Source of the DNA: Candidatus Micrarchaeota archaeon
GTDB lineage: Archaea > Micrarchaeota > Micrarchaeia > Norongarragalinales > UBA8480
Assembly (NCBI GenBank): GCA_023247085.1
Contig: JAHFHC010000003.1
Coordinates: 3,407-67,406 of the forward strand
Direction of reading: 5' to 3'
DNA: 64,000 bases
Part shown: one piece after another, positions 27,383-36,617 of the stretch
How the letters are laid out: every line of letters begins with the position of its first letter
How positions within the stretch are numbered: the first letter of the stretch is position 1
The notes under the pieces: generated by a model
Told to the model about the DNA's origin: nothing
Databases searched by the model: none
The model's input: the letters and a program-made list of their open reading frames with translations, nothing else
Position numbers and translations under genes: made by a program

Positions 27383-29446
27383 ATGCTGCTTTTAGCAATT
27401 GCTTTTGTGCAATTATCTTCAATGCTATTTCAGTCAACAAACATGGCTTGCTGGGCAACTTCTAATTTCCAGGAGTCACAGCCGCTTTCTATTACTGTCA
27501 ACATTCCGCAAAATGCCTCTCAAGTGTTTTTATTAACCGATCGCGGCAGAGGAGATGCTAATTCAGTAAGTGTGCGGCAATGCACATACGCTCAATGTAG
27601 TACCTATCAAAATTACAATGCTATTTGCCCAAGGATTGCCACAACTAGCTATGGCTTGGCAGATGTTACTAGTGTCTTGCCAAAAGGGCAATACCAATTA
27701 ACTCTAGATTCGTTTTCCAGTTCTGCTTCAACTGAAATTTTAAGCGCGCAAGTGAACGTCTCTTTTCCAATTTTTATTTACAATGCAACCGACAAACATT
27801 GCAATTACACAAATGACAAAACCACTTGCATTTCAAATATATATGTCAGCGGCACTGGGTTATGTTTTTACAATTCAACCGGCAACGTTTCAATAAGGCT
27901 AAGTTCAAGCAACACTGATCCAATGAGTGTAAATTATTCGCGCCAAAATAATACAGTAACTTGGAATTGTTCCAATAACAATTATACTCTTAGCTCTGAA
28001 TTTCTTCCACTAGTGTATAGTGAGTCAAAATATTTTGTTGACTCTGATCTGTACGTTCAAACAATAGCACATTCGTTAACTGTATTTAATCCAAACAATG
28101 AAGCGGTGCCGGATGTTGATTTTGGTTTAAACTATACTTCAATCATTGCGGCAAACGAGTCAAAAACACGCGACCACATTTATTCAAGTCAAGCAATTCA
28201 ATTCAACACTACCTTTTCTCCTCTTTTTTATAATTTTTCATCGGCTTTTCTCACTGCCCACCTTTTTGTAACTAATAACGCGTCAATTCCATTTACTTTC
28301 AACACATCGCGCCTAAACTTCTCCTACTTAAGCTGCGAAGAAAAATTAATTGAAATAAATGAATCGGCTGAATTTGACGTTAATTGTCTTGCTAATATTT
28401 CGCACGACTTTTTCAATTGGACTGTTTTCAATGCCACGCTTGTAAGTGTCGACTTAGTGACGAGTCCAACTTCTTATGGGCTAGTTGTACAAAATACATC
28501 TGCGGTGTTTAGCAAATTATTCTCTAAAAAGATAAGCACAAATGACTCATTTGCGTATGTCAATGTGACGCGGCTTTTTCTCGTTGGACAATTTGTAGAA
28601 ATAAACGAGTCCATGATTGACGGAGATTCGGTTAAAATAAATGTTGAACTCACGGCAAATTATTCTATTAATGAATCTCTAATTTTTCCAATCAAACTCG
28701 ACTATTCGCGTTTTGAATCAATTCAACTCGCAAGCAACCACTCATGCCCGGGTGTTTGTATTGTCAATAAGACAGTTTCAGCTAATGTGTCAAATTATTT
28801 GTATTTCACTTTAACTGCTAAACCTTTTTTACAGCCAGTGCAACCGATGGTAGAATCAGTTTCAACTTCTCAATCGGGCTCGTCAGCACCAATTATTTTT
28901 TCGGCTTCTAAACTAAATACTTCGCTAGGTGATGAATCAAATCAAACAATGTTGAACGAATCTGATTTAAGGGAAACAAATGACGACATACTTGCTTCTA
29001 CGGTAGTTAATGCTTCGACCGATATTAATAACAATGAAACGGGGGAAATTGAGCCAGTTGTAAGCCACATATCTGGTAGATTTACTGATAGTGTATCTTC
29101 GTTTGTTTACGCTATTCCTATCTTACTTACTATATTTGGACTTTACTTTTTGAAGAAACAGCCAAAACGAATTACTTGCGTGCGAAAAAATAAAACGACG
29201 ACTATCACTGTGCACAATTTTGGAAAAACGCCATTTGTAAAATTAATATTGGTTGAGCTTTTGCCCAGTGGCGCCAAGTCGTCTAGAAAAGCAACGAAAA
29301 CCGTTCTTGGCCGGGCGTTACAATGGAAGAAAAACCAATTAAAGCCAGCTGAAAAGTGGATTATAACTTATAACTCGTCATCCGCTGCAAAAAAAGGCAA
29401 GTTAGCTTATGTTTGTAATAACAAAAAACAAGAAGAATTATTTTAA
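27383..29446 (+). CDS. Large secreted/surface protein with very many N-glycosylation sequons and a C-terminal TM anchor
   Basis: N-terminal hydrophobic leader, ~50 N-x-S/T sequons and the C-terminal TM FVYAIPILLTIFGLYFL followed by a basic tail. It is S-layer/surface-glycoprotein-like. Confidence 0.4.
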   Translation: MLLLAIAFVQLSSMLFQSTNMACWATSNFQESQPLSITVNIPQNASQVFLLTDRGRGDANSVSVRQCTYAQCSTYQNYNAICPRIATTSYGLADVTSVLPKGQYQLTLDSFSSSASTEILSAQVNVSFPIFIYNATDKHCNYTNDKTTCISNIYVSGTGLCFYNSTGNVSIRLSSSNTDPMSVNYSRQNNTVTWNCSNNNYTLSSEFLPLVYSESKYFVDSDLYVQTIAHSLTVFNPNNEAVPDVDFGLNYTSIIAANESKTRDHIYSSQAIQFNTTFSPLFYNFSSAFLTAHLFVTNNASIPFTFNTSRLNFSYLSCEEKLIEINESAEFDVNCLANISHDFFNWTVFNATLVSVDLVTSPTSYGLVVQNTSAVFSKLFSKKISTNDSFAYVNVTRLFLVGQFVEINESMIDGDSVKINVELTANYSINESLIFPIKLDYSRFESIQLASNHSCPGVCIVNKTVSANVSNYLYFTLTAKPFLQPVQPMVESVSTSQSGSSAPIIFSASKLNTSLGDESNQTMLNESDLRETNDDILASTVVNASTDINNNETGEIEPVVSHISGRFTDSVSSFVYAIPILLTIFGLYFLKKQPKRITCVRKNKTTTITVHNFGKTPFVKLILVELLPSGAKSSRKATKTVLGRALQWKKNQLKPAEKWIITYNSSSAAKKGKLAYVCNNKKQEELF

Positions 29447-29492
29447 GTGCTATTGAAGCAACTTGGTGCATTAGTCAAACGAAGTAAAGTTA

Positions 29493-30071
29493 TTAGTATT
29501 CGTTTTCATCGCGCTTTGGGGCTTTTGTAAACAAGTAGTATTTGCTGTCTCCCCGCATTTCTTCAATTACTCGTTGAGTGAAAACTTCGTCAATGCTAGT
29601 TACGTGTGCTACGCGTGAATGGAAATCTGCAAAACTTGCAAATGGTTTTTCAGTTCTACTGGCGATAATAGCATCCAAGTGCTTTTTGCCAATTCCAGGT
29701 AATAATTCCAGCATGTGGCTGCGTATGCTAATTGGGCCAGCGCGGTTGAGAAATGCGACGAATTCCGGTTCCCTTGCTAATACTATTGTGTGAACTGAGT
29801 CGTGTAAATAGTTTTGGCTTCCGGTTGTTAAATCCGCGTAAGTGATTCTTCCTTTAATGTGGTCAACTTCTTTGCGCTCTTCTTTACCAATATAAGTGCG
29901 TTGTCCGCGGCTAAGTGAAGTTCCTGGCCGAGTGACGATTTCGAGTAGAGTAAAGTTAAGCTCTCCAAGTACTTGTGCAACTGGTTCCTTCGTTGCTTCG
30001 CTTGATTTGCCGTGGGGCAAAAAGTCCAACACGATTACAAATTCTTCTTTCCTTGGAAACATATTCGACAC
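29493..30071 (-). CDS. DUF655-family putative nucleic-acid-binding protein (OB fold + HhH)
   Basis: The N-terminus EEFVIVLDFLPHGKS and HhH-like LLPGIGKKHLDAIIASR are present. The conserved neighbourhood is rpl21e-rpoF-DUF655. Confidence 0.5.
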   Translation of the reverse strand: MSNMFPRKEEFVIVLDFLPHGKSSEATKEPVAQVLGELNFTLLEIVTRPGTSLSRGQRTYIGKEERKEVDHIKGRITYADLTTGSQNYLHDSVHTIVLAREPEFVAFLNRAGPISIRSHMLELLPGIGKKHLDAIIASRTEKPFASFADFHSRVAHVTSIDEVFTQRVIEEMRGDSKYYLFTKAPKRDENEY

Positions 30072-30126
30072 TCTTCTTGTTGGTTTTATCTATTTTTTTA
30101 CGATCCGAATGCATATAACGGTTTTC

Positions 30127-30588
30127 TCACTCTGTTTTTTCGTCTGTTGTATCTTCAGCGGCATCTGCGGTTTTTTGTTTTTCGCTTTCGCCATCTGCAT
30201 CTTGTGGTTTTTCAACTTCTTTTGGAGCAGGTTCAACTTTCTTAGTTTTAGCTGGTTCCTTTGCGTCTTTCTTGTAACTCTTTACAATTTCAAATGCTTT
30301 TTTCAATACGCTGTCTTCAATAGCCCCGCTTCCTGCAAGTACGATTTTCAATTCTTCTTCCTTTTTCGGCAATAAATCAGTTGCTTTAACCGCCTGCCAT
30401 TCAGTAAACCCAATTCCTTTTAGTTCCTTCACCATTTTGTCGCTGTCTTTGTCATCTAGTTTAACTAAATCTTCCAAGTAATTCAATGTATTTTGTTGTT
30501 CGTATGAAAGATTGCCTTGTTTTTGACGGTCTTTCAAAAGTCCGTGTGCTTCATTTACTGTGATTATGCGTTCAGTAGTTACTTGCAT
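30127..30588 (-). CDS. rpoF: RNA polymerase subunit F (Rpo4/RPB4 homologue) with K/E-rich C-terminal tail
   Basis: ITVNEAHGLLKDRQ...LNYLEDLVKLDDKDSDKMVKELKGIGFTEWQAVKATDLLP is the Rpo4 HRDC-like pattern. Its position between rpl21e and DUF655 matches the conserved archaeal synteny. Confidence 0.5.
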   Translation of the reverse strand: MQVTTERIITVNEAHGLLKDRQKQGNLSYEQQNTLNYLEDLVKLDDKDSDKMVKELKGIGFTEWQAVKATDLLPKKEEELKIVLAGSGAIEDSVLKKAFEIVKSYKKDAKEPAKTKKVEPAPKEVEKPQDADGESEKQKTADAAEDTTDEKTE

Positions 30589-30612
30589 TTTTTGTCAACC
30601 CTCGCTAATATT

Positions 30613-30927
30613 TCAAATTGTTTCCAAATGAATTGGCGCAACAACCAGTCGTTTAACTGCATTTAAGTCGCGAAATTCAATTATGTAGCCTTTACCTTGT
30701 CTTGCAATTACTTTAGCGGTTCTGCCATTAAACCTAAGTGGCAAAGCTCCCTTGCTGCCGTCTACGCGAAGCCTAACTCCTGATCCGATCTCGAAAGTGC
30801 GGAGCATTGTAGTTATGCCTCTACGCTTCTTTGTAATTTTGCGGCTGCGCTTAGAATAAAATCCATGACTACGTTTCATTTTGTTCAATAACACCTTTTT
30901 TTCAAGAAGTAGTGAGGAAATAGACAC
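30613..30927 (-). CDS. rpl21e: 50S ribosomal protein L21e
   Basis: MKRSHGFYSKRSRKITKKRRG...VRLRVDGSK...GRTAKVIARQGKGYIIE. Confidence 0.75.
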   Translation of the reverse strand: MSISSLLLEKKVLLNKMKRSHGFYSKRSRKITKKRRGITTMLRTFEIGSGVRLRVDGSKGALPLRFNGRTAKVIARQGKGYIIEFRDLNAVKRLVVAPIHLETI

Positions 30928-31047
30928 GCGATCGTATAAAAACCATTCTAAACGCGCGATAAATGATCAAATCAACCATATTGCGACTTAAAACGCACAC
31001 CAAAACCAATAAAAACGAGTTTATCACTACTATTCAGTGGTATTATT

Positions 31048-31377
31048 ATGAGTGGAGCTTCTGCGGGTACTGATCCTGTAAATATTATGCTTGGCTTTTT
31101 AGTATTCATCGCAGTTTTAACCGAATTGCATGGCTATTCAGTTGGCTCTGCTATATTCGCATTACCCATTATAATTTTTAGTAGCTTGCTATTATTTTTA
31201 TCCCACTTGCTTGGGCTATTAACTGGATTTTTCATAAACGGGCTATCTGGTGGCATATTTGGCTTGCTATTGCTTGGAATTGCATTAGTGTGGACGCGAA
31301 AATCACTAGTTGGTTTCTCAGCAGCTAATTTTATGCTAATAGCCATATTCTTGGTAATGGTACTGTTAGTAGTTTAA
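31048..31377 (+). CDS. Small polytopic membrane protein
   Basis: 109 aa, almost entirely hydrophobic helices. Confidence 0.3.
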   Translation: MSGASAGTDPVNIMLGFLVFIAVLTELHGYSVGSAIFALPIIIFSSLLLFLSHLLGLLTGFFINGLSGGIFGLLLLGIALVWTRKSLVGFSAANFMLIAIFLVMVLLVV

Positions 31378-31456
31378 AGCCGGTCTCGGCGAAATGCTTT
31401 TATACCCCCTTTAAATACTCTTACTTACTTATTTTAGAAAAAGGTGTTAAAATTAT

Positions 31457-31765
31457 ATGGCAGCTAAAAAACCACTACCTAGGATAAATATGTCTTTTAA
31501 AGTGGAAAACATAGTCGCTTCGGCGAACCTCAATGTGGAACTTGATCTCTTCAATATTGCTATGGAAGTTGACAACGTTGAATATGAACCAGAACAATTC
31601 CCCGGCGCAATCATGAGATTAAAGGAACTTGGTACAACTTTGCTGTTGTTCAAGAATGGCAAAGTCATATGTTCTGGTGCAAAAAGCGAAAAACAAATCG
31701 CACAAAGCATTAAACGCGCAGTTGAACTACTAAGAAAATACATGATGGCCAGACCATCTGCATAA
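31457..31765 (+). CDS. tbp: TATA-binding protein consisting of a single TBP repeat (half-TBP, 102 aa)
   Basis: ENIVASANLNVELDLFNIAMEVDNVEYEPEQFPGAIMRLKELGTTLLLFKNGKVICSGAKSEKQIAQ is an unmistakable TBP repeat. The ORF stops after one repeat and no second repeat is encoded downstream in any frame. Confidence 0.7.
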   Translation: MAAKKPLPRINMSFKVENIVASANLNVELDLFNIAMEVDNVEYEPEQFPGAIMRLKELGTTLLLFKNGKVICSGAKSEKQIAQSIKRAVELLRKYMMARPSA

Positions 31766-31840
31766 AGTTCAAAAATCGGTTTTCGTACTTTTTTATTTTA
31801 CTTCTTTTTTAATTATATTTTTTTAACGAAGGTAGCGTAG

Positions 31841-31850
31841 CCTATAAAAG
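31841..31850 (+). promoter_or_regulatory. TATA-box-like element
   Basis: CCTATAAAAG lies 23-30 nt upstream of the ATG at 31873 of a small reading frame. Confidence 0.3.
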
Positions 31851-32303
31851 AGTTGTTGGATTAATTGTGGTTATGGCCGCGAATCAACGAAACGTAATTC
31901 AAGTTACATTTAAGCCACTTGAACCAAAGCGTTTAGTAATTAAGCACTAGGATTTGCATCCCGAAGTAAAACAAAAAGTCAAAGAACTACTAGCTGCAAG
32001 GAAAAAACGAATAAATAGCCTGACAAAAGCACAACAAACGTTTCTAAAACACGTTGTCCCCGGAAGATACCGCGCACATTTATAACTTCCGAAAAAAAGA
32101 GTTATTTTCTAGTTAATTTACTTCTTTCTTTTTCTTCCCATCTTTCTATTCTTTTTCTGCCTAATTCTTTCCACTGTTTATATTTGCAGTCATAGCTTTT
32201 TTGTTATTCTTACTATTTTAGGTAAGTACTTTCTAAGCAAATCGAAGTTCCTGAAACTTGTTAAAACTCCCTTGATTCCCATTTCAATTGAAGCGCGGTA
32301 ACG

Positions 32304-32313
32304 TTTTTATACT
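32304..32313 (+). promoter_or_regulatory. TATA-box-like element upstream of 5S rRNA
   Basis: TTTTTATACT lies ~25 nt upstream of the 5S 5' end. Confidence 0.35.
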
Positions 32314-32334
32314 CTTTTCCTTCTCGTTAATAGC

Positions 32335-32450
32335 GATAGCGGCCATAGGAGAGTGGAAATACCCAGTCCCATTTCGAACCTGGAAGTCAAGCACTCTAAC
32401 GGCACTCCCAGTACTGTTGTGATCAACGGGAACAGAAGCTGCTGCTATCA
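32335..32450 (+). rRNA. rrf: 5S ribosomal RNA
   Basis: GATAGCGGCCATAGGAGAGTGGAAATACCCAGTCCCATTTCGAACCTGGAAGTCAAGCACTCTAACGGCACTCCCAGTACTG...GCTGCTATC. Helix I closes by 5'/3' complementarity (GATAGCGGC with GCUGCUAUC), and conserved loop C/E motifs are present (CCCAUUUCGAAC, AGUACUG). Confidence 0.7.
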
Positions 32451-32475
32451 CTCTTTACTATAAAACTTCTAGTGG

Positions 32476-33312
32476 CTACTTTACCGCGAAATCAATAACA
32501 ACTTGTACGCTGAACGGAGAATAGGGGCGTACAACGCGTTTGAAAATTATCTTACATTTTCTCTTCTTTTTTCTACACTCGGTTTTAATTTTTTTCTCCA
32601 ATACCCTAAATGGGTTGGTTTTCTTTTTAGTTTTTTCATTGCGGTGTGACCCAAATCCATAAAGGTGAACTATTCCACCAACCGCCGTCGCGTCGATTAT
32701 TTGTGGTAAAAATTTGTATGCAGTATGAGGCAGCGGCGTAATAACTCTATCCGCCCACTTCTTTTTTTGTTTTAGCAATTTCTTTGCGTCGCCTTTATTT
32801 ACAACAACAATTTCGCTTACTTTATTTAATGCAATATTCTGTTGCATATATTTTACCGCAACTGGGTTCAACTCATTTGCAATAATGTCTGCAGTTTTTT
32901 GCTGAGTTTTTAGTTTTTTGGCAATTATAATTGGAAACGGCCCAACTCCCGCAAACAACGCAAGCACTTTTTCTCCAGTTTCCACTTGTGCAGCTATTCG
33001 GCTGCGTTCAAATGCAAGGCGTGGAGAAAAGTACACTCTTGCTACATCAAGTTCAAAAAAACAATCGCTTTCTCTGTAAGTTGTTTTAGTACTTTTCTTT
33101 CCAGCTAAATGACGCAACTTCCACACACGATATTCTCCATGCATTGCGCCCCTTTTTTCGTAAACGGACTGCAAGTGTTTATTAGCTGCTAAGATTTCTT
33201 GAGCGAGTTGCTTGGCGTTTTTTTTCTGTTCAACGGGAATTTCAGTAATTGCAATTGTGCCAATAGTGTCTAGCGGCAATGTAGTTGCGGGGTTTGCTTT
33301 CAGATCTTTCAT
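32476..33312 (-). CDS. Class I SAM-dependent tRNA methyltransferase of the Trm5/Taw2 (Met-10+) family
   Basis: VLALFAGVGPFPIIIAKK is the SAM-binding motif I. The N-terminal domain is typical of Trm5/Taw2. Confidence 0.55.
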   Translation of the reverse strand: MKDLKANPATTLPLDTIGTIAITEIPVEQKKNAKQLAQEILAANKHLQSVYEKRGAMHGEYRVWKLRHLAGKKSTKTTYRESDCFFELDVARVYFSPRLAFERSRIAAQVETGEKVLALFAGVGPFPIIIAKKLKTQQKTADIIANELNPVAVKYMQQNIALNKVSEIVVVNKGDAKKLLKQKKKWADRVITPLPHTAYKFLPQIIDATAVGGIVHLYGFGSHRNEKTKKKTNPFRVLEKKIKTECRKKKRKCKIIFKRVVRPYSPFSVQVVIDFAVK

Positions 33313-33380
33313 ATCGATTTCCTGTTGTGAATTACTTTGAAATCCAAGCGTTATTATGTTTCGCTTTAAATAAAATTTGT

Positions 33381-34205
33381 ATGAGTGATTTCATTTCCGG
33401 ATTCATTGACGAGTATTTTATGAATCCAATTAAGTATCAGGACAAATATGCCCCTTACAACTTAGTAAATACGATTACGTTTGCGGTCATAGCAATTATT
33501 GCAGTTTATTTGATTTACAAACTGTTAAACAAGTATGGGATAACGACGGATGAAAAGTTCTACTGGGCTATTATCCCGTACATATTTCTTGGCAGCATTG
33601 TGCGAGTTCTAAGTGACGCCAATATTTTGTCTAGGGGCGTTGACCTAATGGGCATAACGTTGTACCCCTTTATAACGCCTCAAGTGTACGTTCTAGTTTT
33701 TGCAGTAACCATGTGCTTGCTTTTCTTTTGTAAAAAATTCTTCACTGATTGGCAAAGCGTTTTTTACAAAGCAGGTTGGCTTCTTGCTATAATCTCACTT
33801 TTGCCACTTGTGCCTTTGTTCAAAAACTTCGCTTTGTTCAGTGCCATTTTTGCAATTGCTGCGGCGTTTTGGTTGATACTGCATTTTTCGCCGTGGAAAA
33901 TGACAAACATTGAAAAAGCAGTAATCCTAGCACAGGGGTTTGATGGAGCGGCCACTTTCGTTGGCGTACAATTCGGTGGATATAGTGAACAACACGTTAT
34001 TGGTAACGCTATTTTTTCAACATTTGGTGGGCCGTGGGCGTTTCTAGTTATCAAATTTGTATTCGCTTTGCTAGTTGTTTACATGTTGAGAAAAGAAGCA
34101 GGAAAAGCGAAACCAGAAGAAATTGCATTTGTCTCGCTTATCCTAACAATCTTTGGCTTAGCGCCTGGACTGCGCGATGCACTGCGGTTACTTGCGGGTG
34201 TGTAG
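33381..34205 (+). CDS. DUF63-like archaeal polytopic membrane protein
   Basis: The ATG at 33381 (MSDFISGFIDEYFMNPIKYQDKY) gives 6-7 predicted TM helices. The upstream extension in the track overlaps the Trm5 start. Confidence 0.4.
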   Translation: MSDFISGFIDEYFMNPIKYQDKYAPYNLVNTITFAVIAIIAVYLIYKLLNKYGITTDEKFYWAIIPYIFLGSIVRVLSDANILSRGVDLMGITLYPFITPQVYVLVFAVTMCLLFFCKKFFTDWQSVFYKAGWLLAIISLLPLVPLFKNFALFSAIFAIAAAFWLILHFSPWKMTNIEKAVILAQGFDGAATFVGVQFGGYSEQHVIGNAIFSTFGGPWAFLVIKFVFALLVVYMLRKEAGKAKPEEIAFVSLILTIFGLAPGLRDALRLLAGV

Positions 34206-34231
34206 CTGTTTAAGCGGTTTAATTAGGGAAA

Positions 34232-34495
34232 TTATTGTGGCTCTTCTGCTTGTCCTTGCGGTTGACCAACTGGAATTTCAACGAATCGCACTTGTTCATC
34301 TCCACTTGAATAAATTACCCGAACTACGCCTGAAACGAGGTTATTGTCGTTTAATTTATCCATGAACGCCAATGTAGTGTCCTCTTTTACTCCAACTGCC
34401 CCTTCGAAAACAGCGTCTACTGGAGTAAAACCGGCGCTTTTTAATGCGTCAATTACTTTTAATACTTCTTCTTTTACTTTCATTTTAATCACCAA
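34232..34495 (-). CDS. Hypothetical small protein (possibly aEF-1beta-like)
   Basis: 87 aa, acidic. It bears a weak resemblance to elongation factor 1-beta topology. Confidence 0.2.
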   Translation of the reverse strand: MVIKMKVKEEVLKVIDALKSAGFTPVDAVFEGAVGVKEDTTLAFMDKLNDNNLVSGVVRVIYSSGDEQVRFVEIPVGQPQGQAEEPQ

Positions 34496-34599
34496 TTCGG
34501 TTTCAATTACTCTCTTTGCTCGGCTTAAATTGTTCGCATAGCTCGTTACCGAAACGATATTTAAATAGCTATCCTAAATAACAACTCGGAAGAATTTTT

Positions 34600-35103
34600 A
34601 TGTCAAAGAAATCGAGTAAATTGGAGAAAGCTGGAAATAAAGGCACAAAGGCACAAGTGCATAAAGTCCAAGACTTAGGCGCTAAACTCACTAAAGTTGA
34701 TTCAATGGTTAAAGCAGAGGGAGAGGTAGATGTAGGCGCTCCCAAACTTGCTTTGTGCCCCCGTTGTGGTTCTAGTGATTTAGCAATTAGAAAAATTGAT
34801 ATCCCGGGTTTTGCACCGGAAGTGCAAGTTTGTAACCGCTGTGGGTTTAGAAGCGAAAGCGCAGTTCAAGTTGACCCGCTTGAATACGTTGAAGATGTTG
34901 AAGAAGAGGCACCGCGGGTAAAAATTGAAGATATTGAAAAACGGCTTCAAAGCACGATTTTAGCTGAGAAAAAAGGCGGAAAGCAAAATGCTTCAAAAGG
35001 TTCAAAACCAGTTAAATCCGCTAAACCTGCGAAGCCAATTAAGCCAGTTGCGAAACCTGCTAAAAAGCCGGTGCAAAAGCCAAGCAAGAAGAAAAAACGC
35101 TAG
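34600..35103 (+). CDS. Zinc-ribbon protein with Lys/Pro/Ala-rich histone-H1-like C-terminal tail
   Basis: CPRCGSS...CNRCGF ribbon, then SKPVKSAKPAKPIKPVAKPAKKPVQKPSKKKKR. Confidence 0.35.
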   Translation: MSKKSSKLEKAGNKGTKAQVHKVQDLGAKLTKVDSMVKAEGEVDVGAPKLALCPRCGSSDLAIRKIDIPGFAPEVQVCNRCGFRSESAVQVDPLEYVEDVEEEAPRVKIEDIEKRLQSTILAEKKGGKQNASKGSKPVKSAKPAKPIKPVAKPAKKPVQKPSKKKKR

Positions 35104-35174
35104 TAAGATATTGTTTTTAAACTTTGCAGTGCTTTGTTATAACATAATTAAGGTTATCGAGGTAGATTTTCAAT

Positions 35175-35438
35175 ATGGCTAAATACGCAATTGCAAAACA
35201 ACTAGCAGGAAAAAGAATAATCACGACTGACGGCGAAGAGCTTGGCCGAATCGTTGATTTATACGTAAATGAACTAAACGGCAAACTCGACAGTGTAATC
35301 GTTGAACCAAATCCAGACTCTTCAATGGCAATGAAAGCAGGGCCAGAGGGAGTTGTTACGATTCCTTACAGTGCTGTGCTTGATGTTAAAGACGTTATGG
35401 TAGTTGACCGAAGAGGGTTAGCTGCTCAAACCGCTTAA
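35175..35438 (+). CDS. PRC-barrel domain protein
   Basis: LAGKRIITTDGEELGRIVDLYVNELNGKLDSVIV. Confidence 0.45.
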   Translation: MAKYAIAKQLAGKRIITTDGEELGRIVDLYVNELNGKLDSVIVEPNPDSSMAMKAGPEGVVTIPYSAVLDVKDVMVVDRRGLAAQTA

Positions 35439-35440
35439 AT

Positions 35441-36574
35441 TTAAGCGGTAATTTCTATTTTTCCGTTTTTTACCTTTATTTCAACTTTTGTTTCAATTTC
35501 CGCTTTTTGCTTTTTTACTAAATCAATTAAGTGTTTTTCGATTTCAGTTTCACTTGCTTTTCGGCTAATGAGTTGTGACGTTATGTTTAGCACTTCGTTA
35601 AAAAATTCGTAATTAGTAGTTAAGTAGTTTGCAATTTTGCTAGTTTCACTGTCGCGCTGCGTGTATTCAGCCGCTGCTTTATGTTGTGCTTCTAGCCTAG
35701 TGGTGTTTTTGTCAACTTTTGTTGGCTTTGAATTTGTTTTTACAGTTACATCCTCTACTATGTTGTTGTAATAATATTCAAGACAAGTTGAAAATGAATT
35801 GAATTTTTGTGCTTCAATTTCACTGTATTTCTTTAATTCAGTAAATGCAAATGCAATTGGCTTGCTATCTTTCAAATAAACAACTGGAGAATACTCTTGC
35901 CTGATGCGTTTTAGTTCATTTATTATTTTGGTTTTGTCGCTTTCACTTAACTCCGAAACATTTGGCGAACAATTGGTTCTACTAACCGCTTCTTCAACGT
36001 ATAACGGCGGCACATTTACAACGCTAGCAATGGCAGAAACTGTGTTGCCAGCTAGTTTGAAGTCGACAGTGGCTAAGTTTTCAATATCTTTTTTTGACGG
36101 CGGGGCAATGTAAGGTTCTCTTTGTTTTAATTTTCTGTCGGCGTATTCTTCTCGCTTTAATACGTCGACGATTTTCTTTTCTTTGTTAAGTAGTATCGTG
36201 TTTCCTTTTGCGAATAATTCAAACACCAGATAGAACTTGCCTTCTTTTGCGTCGAATTCAAAACTAATAAGTCGGTCGCTGTTTATTTGTTCAACTTTAG
36301 TAAGTATTGCATTATTCAGCCACTTGCGCACCACCATTGCGAACTGAGGTGGCGTCTCCAAAGTTTCGGGCATTTGCTGCACAATATGCAAACGGCCAGC
36401 TTCTGCAATTATATTCACTGCGCCACTTTTCCTTAATTTTAACAAATTCGATTTATGGCTACTATTATTCTCATTGCTATTTGTACCGATGTAAAATTTG
36501 TCGAACCTAGCGCCGACCATGCTTTGTAATTCAGTTACAATTACTCCATAATCCCAGTTGCCCATTGATTGCAT
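35441..36574 (-). CDS. NFACT-domain protein (Rqc2/NEMF/FbpA homologue), short form
   Basis: RLISFEFDAKEGKFYLVFELFAKGNTILLNKEKKIVDVL matches the NFACT-N core (LvvEL.G..sNiiL.d..g.Ii). Length is 377 aa. Confidence 0.4.
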   Translation of the reverse strand: MQSMGNWDYGVIVTELQSMVGARFDKFYIGTNSNENNSSHKSNLLKLRKSGAVNIIAEAGRLHIVQQMPETLETPPQFAMVVRKWLNNAILTKVEQINSDRLISFEFDAKEGKFYLVFELFAKGNTILLNKEKKIVDVLKREEYADRKLKQREPYIAPPSKKDIENLATVDFKLAGNTVSAIASVVNVPPLYVEEAVSRTNCSPNVSELSESDKTKIINELKRIRQEYSPVVYLKDSKPIAFAFTELKKYSEIEAQKFNSFSTCLEYYYNNIVEDVTVKTNSKPTKVDKNTTRLEAQHKAAAEYTQRDSETSKIANYLTTNYEFFNEVLNITSQLISRKASETEIEKHLIDLVKKQKAEIETKVEIKVKNGKIEITA

Positions 36575-36617
36575 TTTTTGTTCGCCGTTTTTTTACTTGA
36601 CCGCATATGGGTCAATA

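Noticed and set aside
31948-31950. In-frame TAG read as pyrrolysine.
   Set aside because: There is no supporting pyl machinery in the window and TAG is used as an ordinary stop elsewhere, for example at the end of the 21960..22223 ORF.
33285-33380. N-terminal extension of the DUF63 membrane-protein ORF as given in the track (start 33285).
   Set aside because: It overlaps the start of the divergent Trm5 gene and translates to non-protein-like sequence. The ATG at 33381 is the sensible start.
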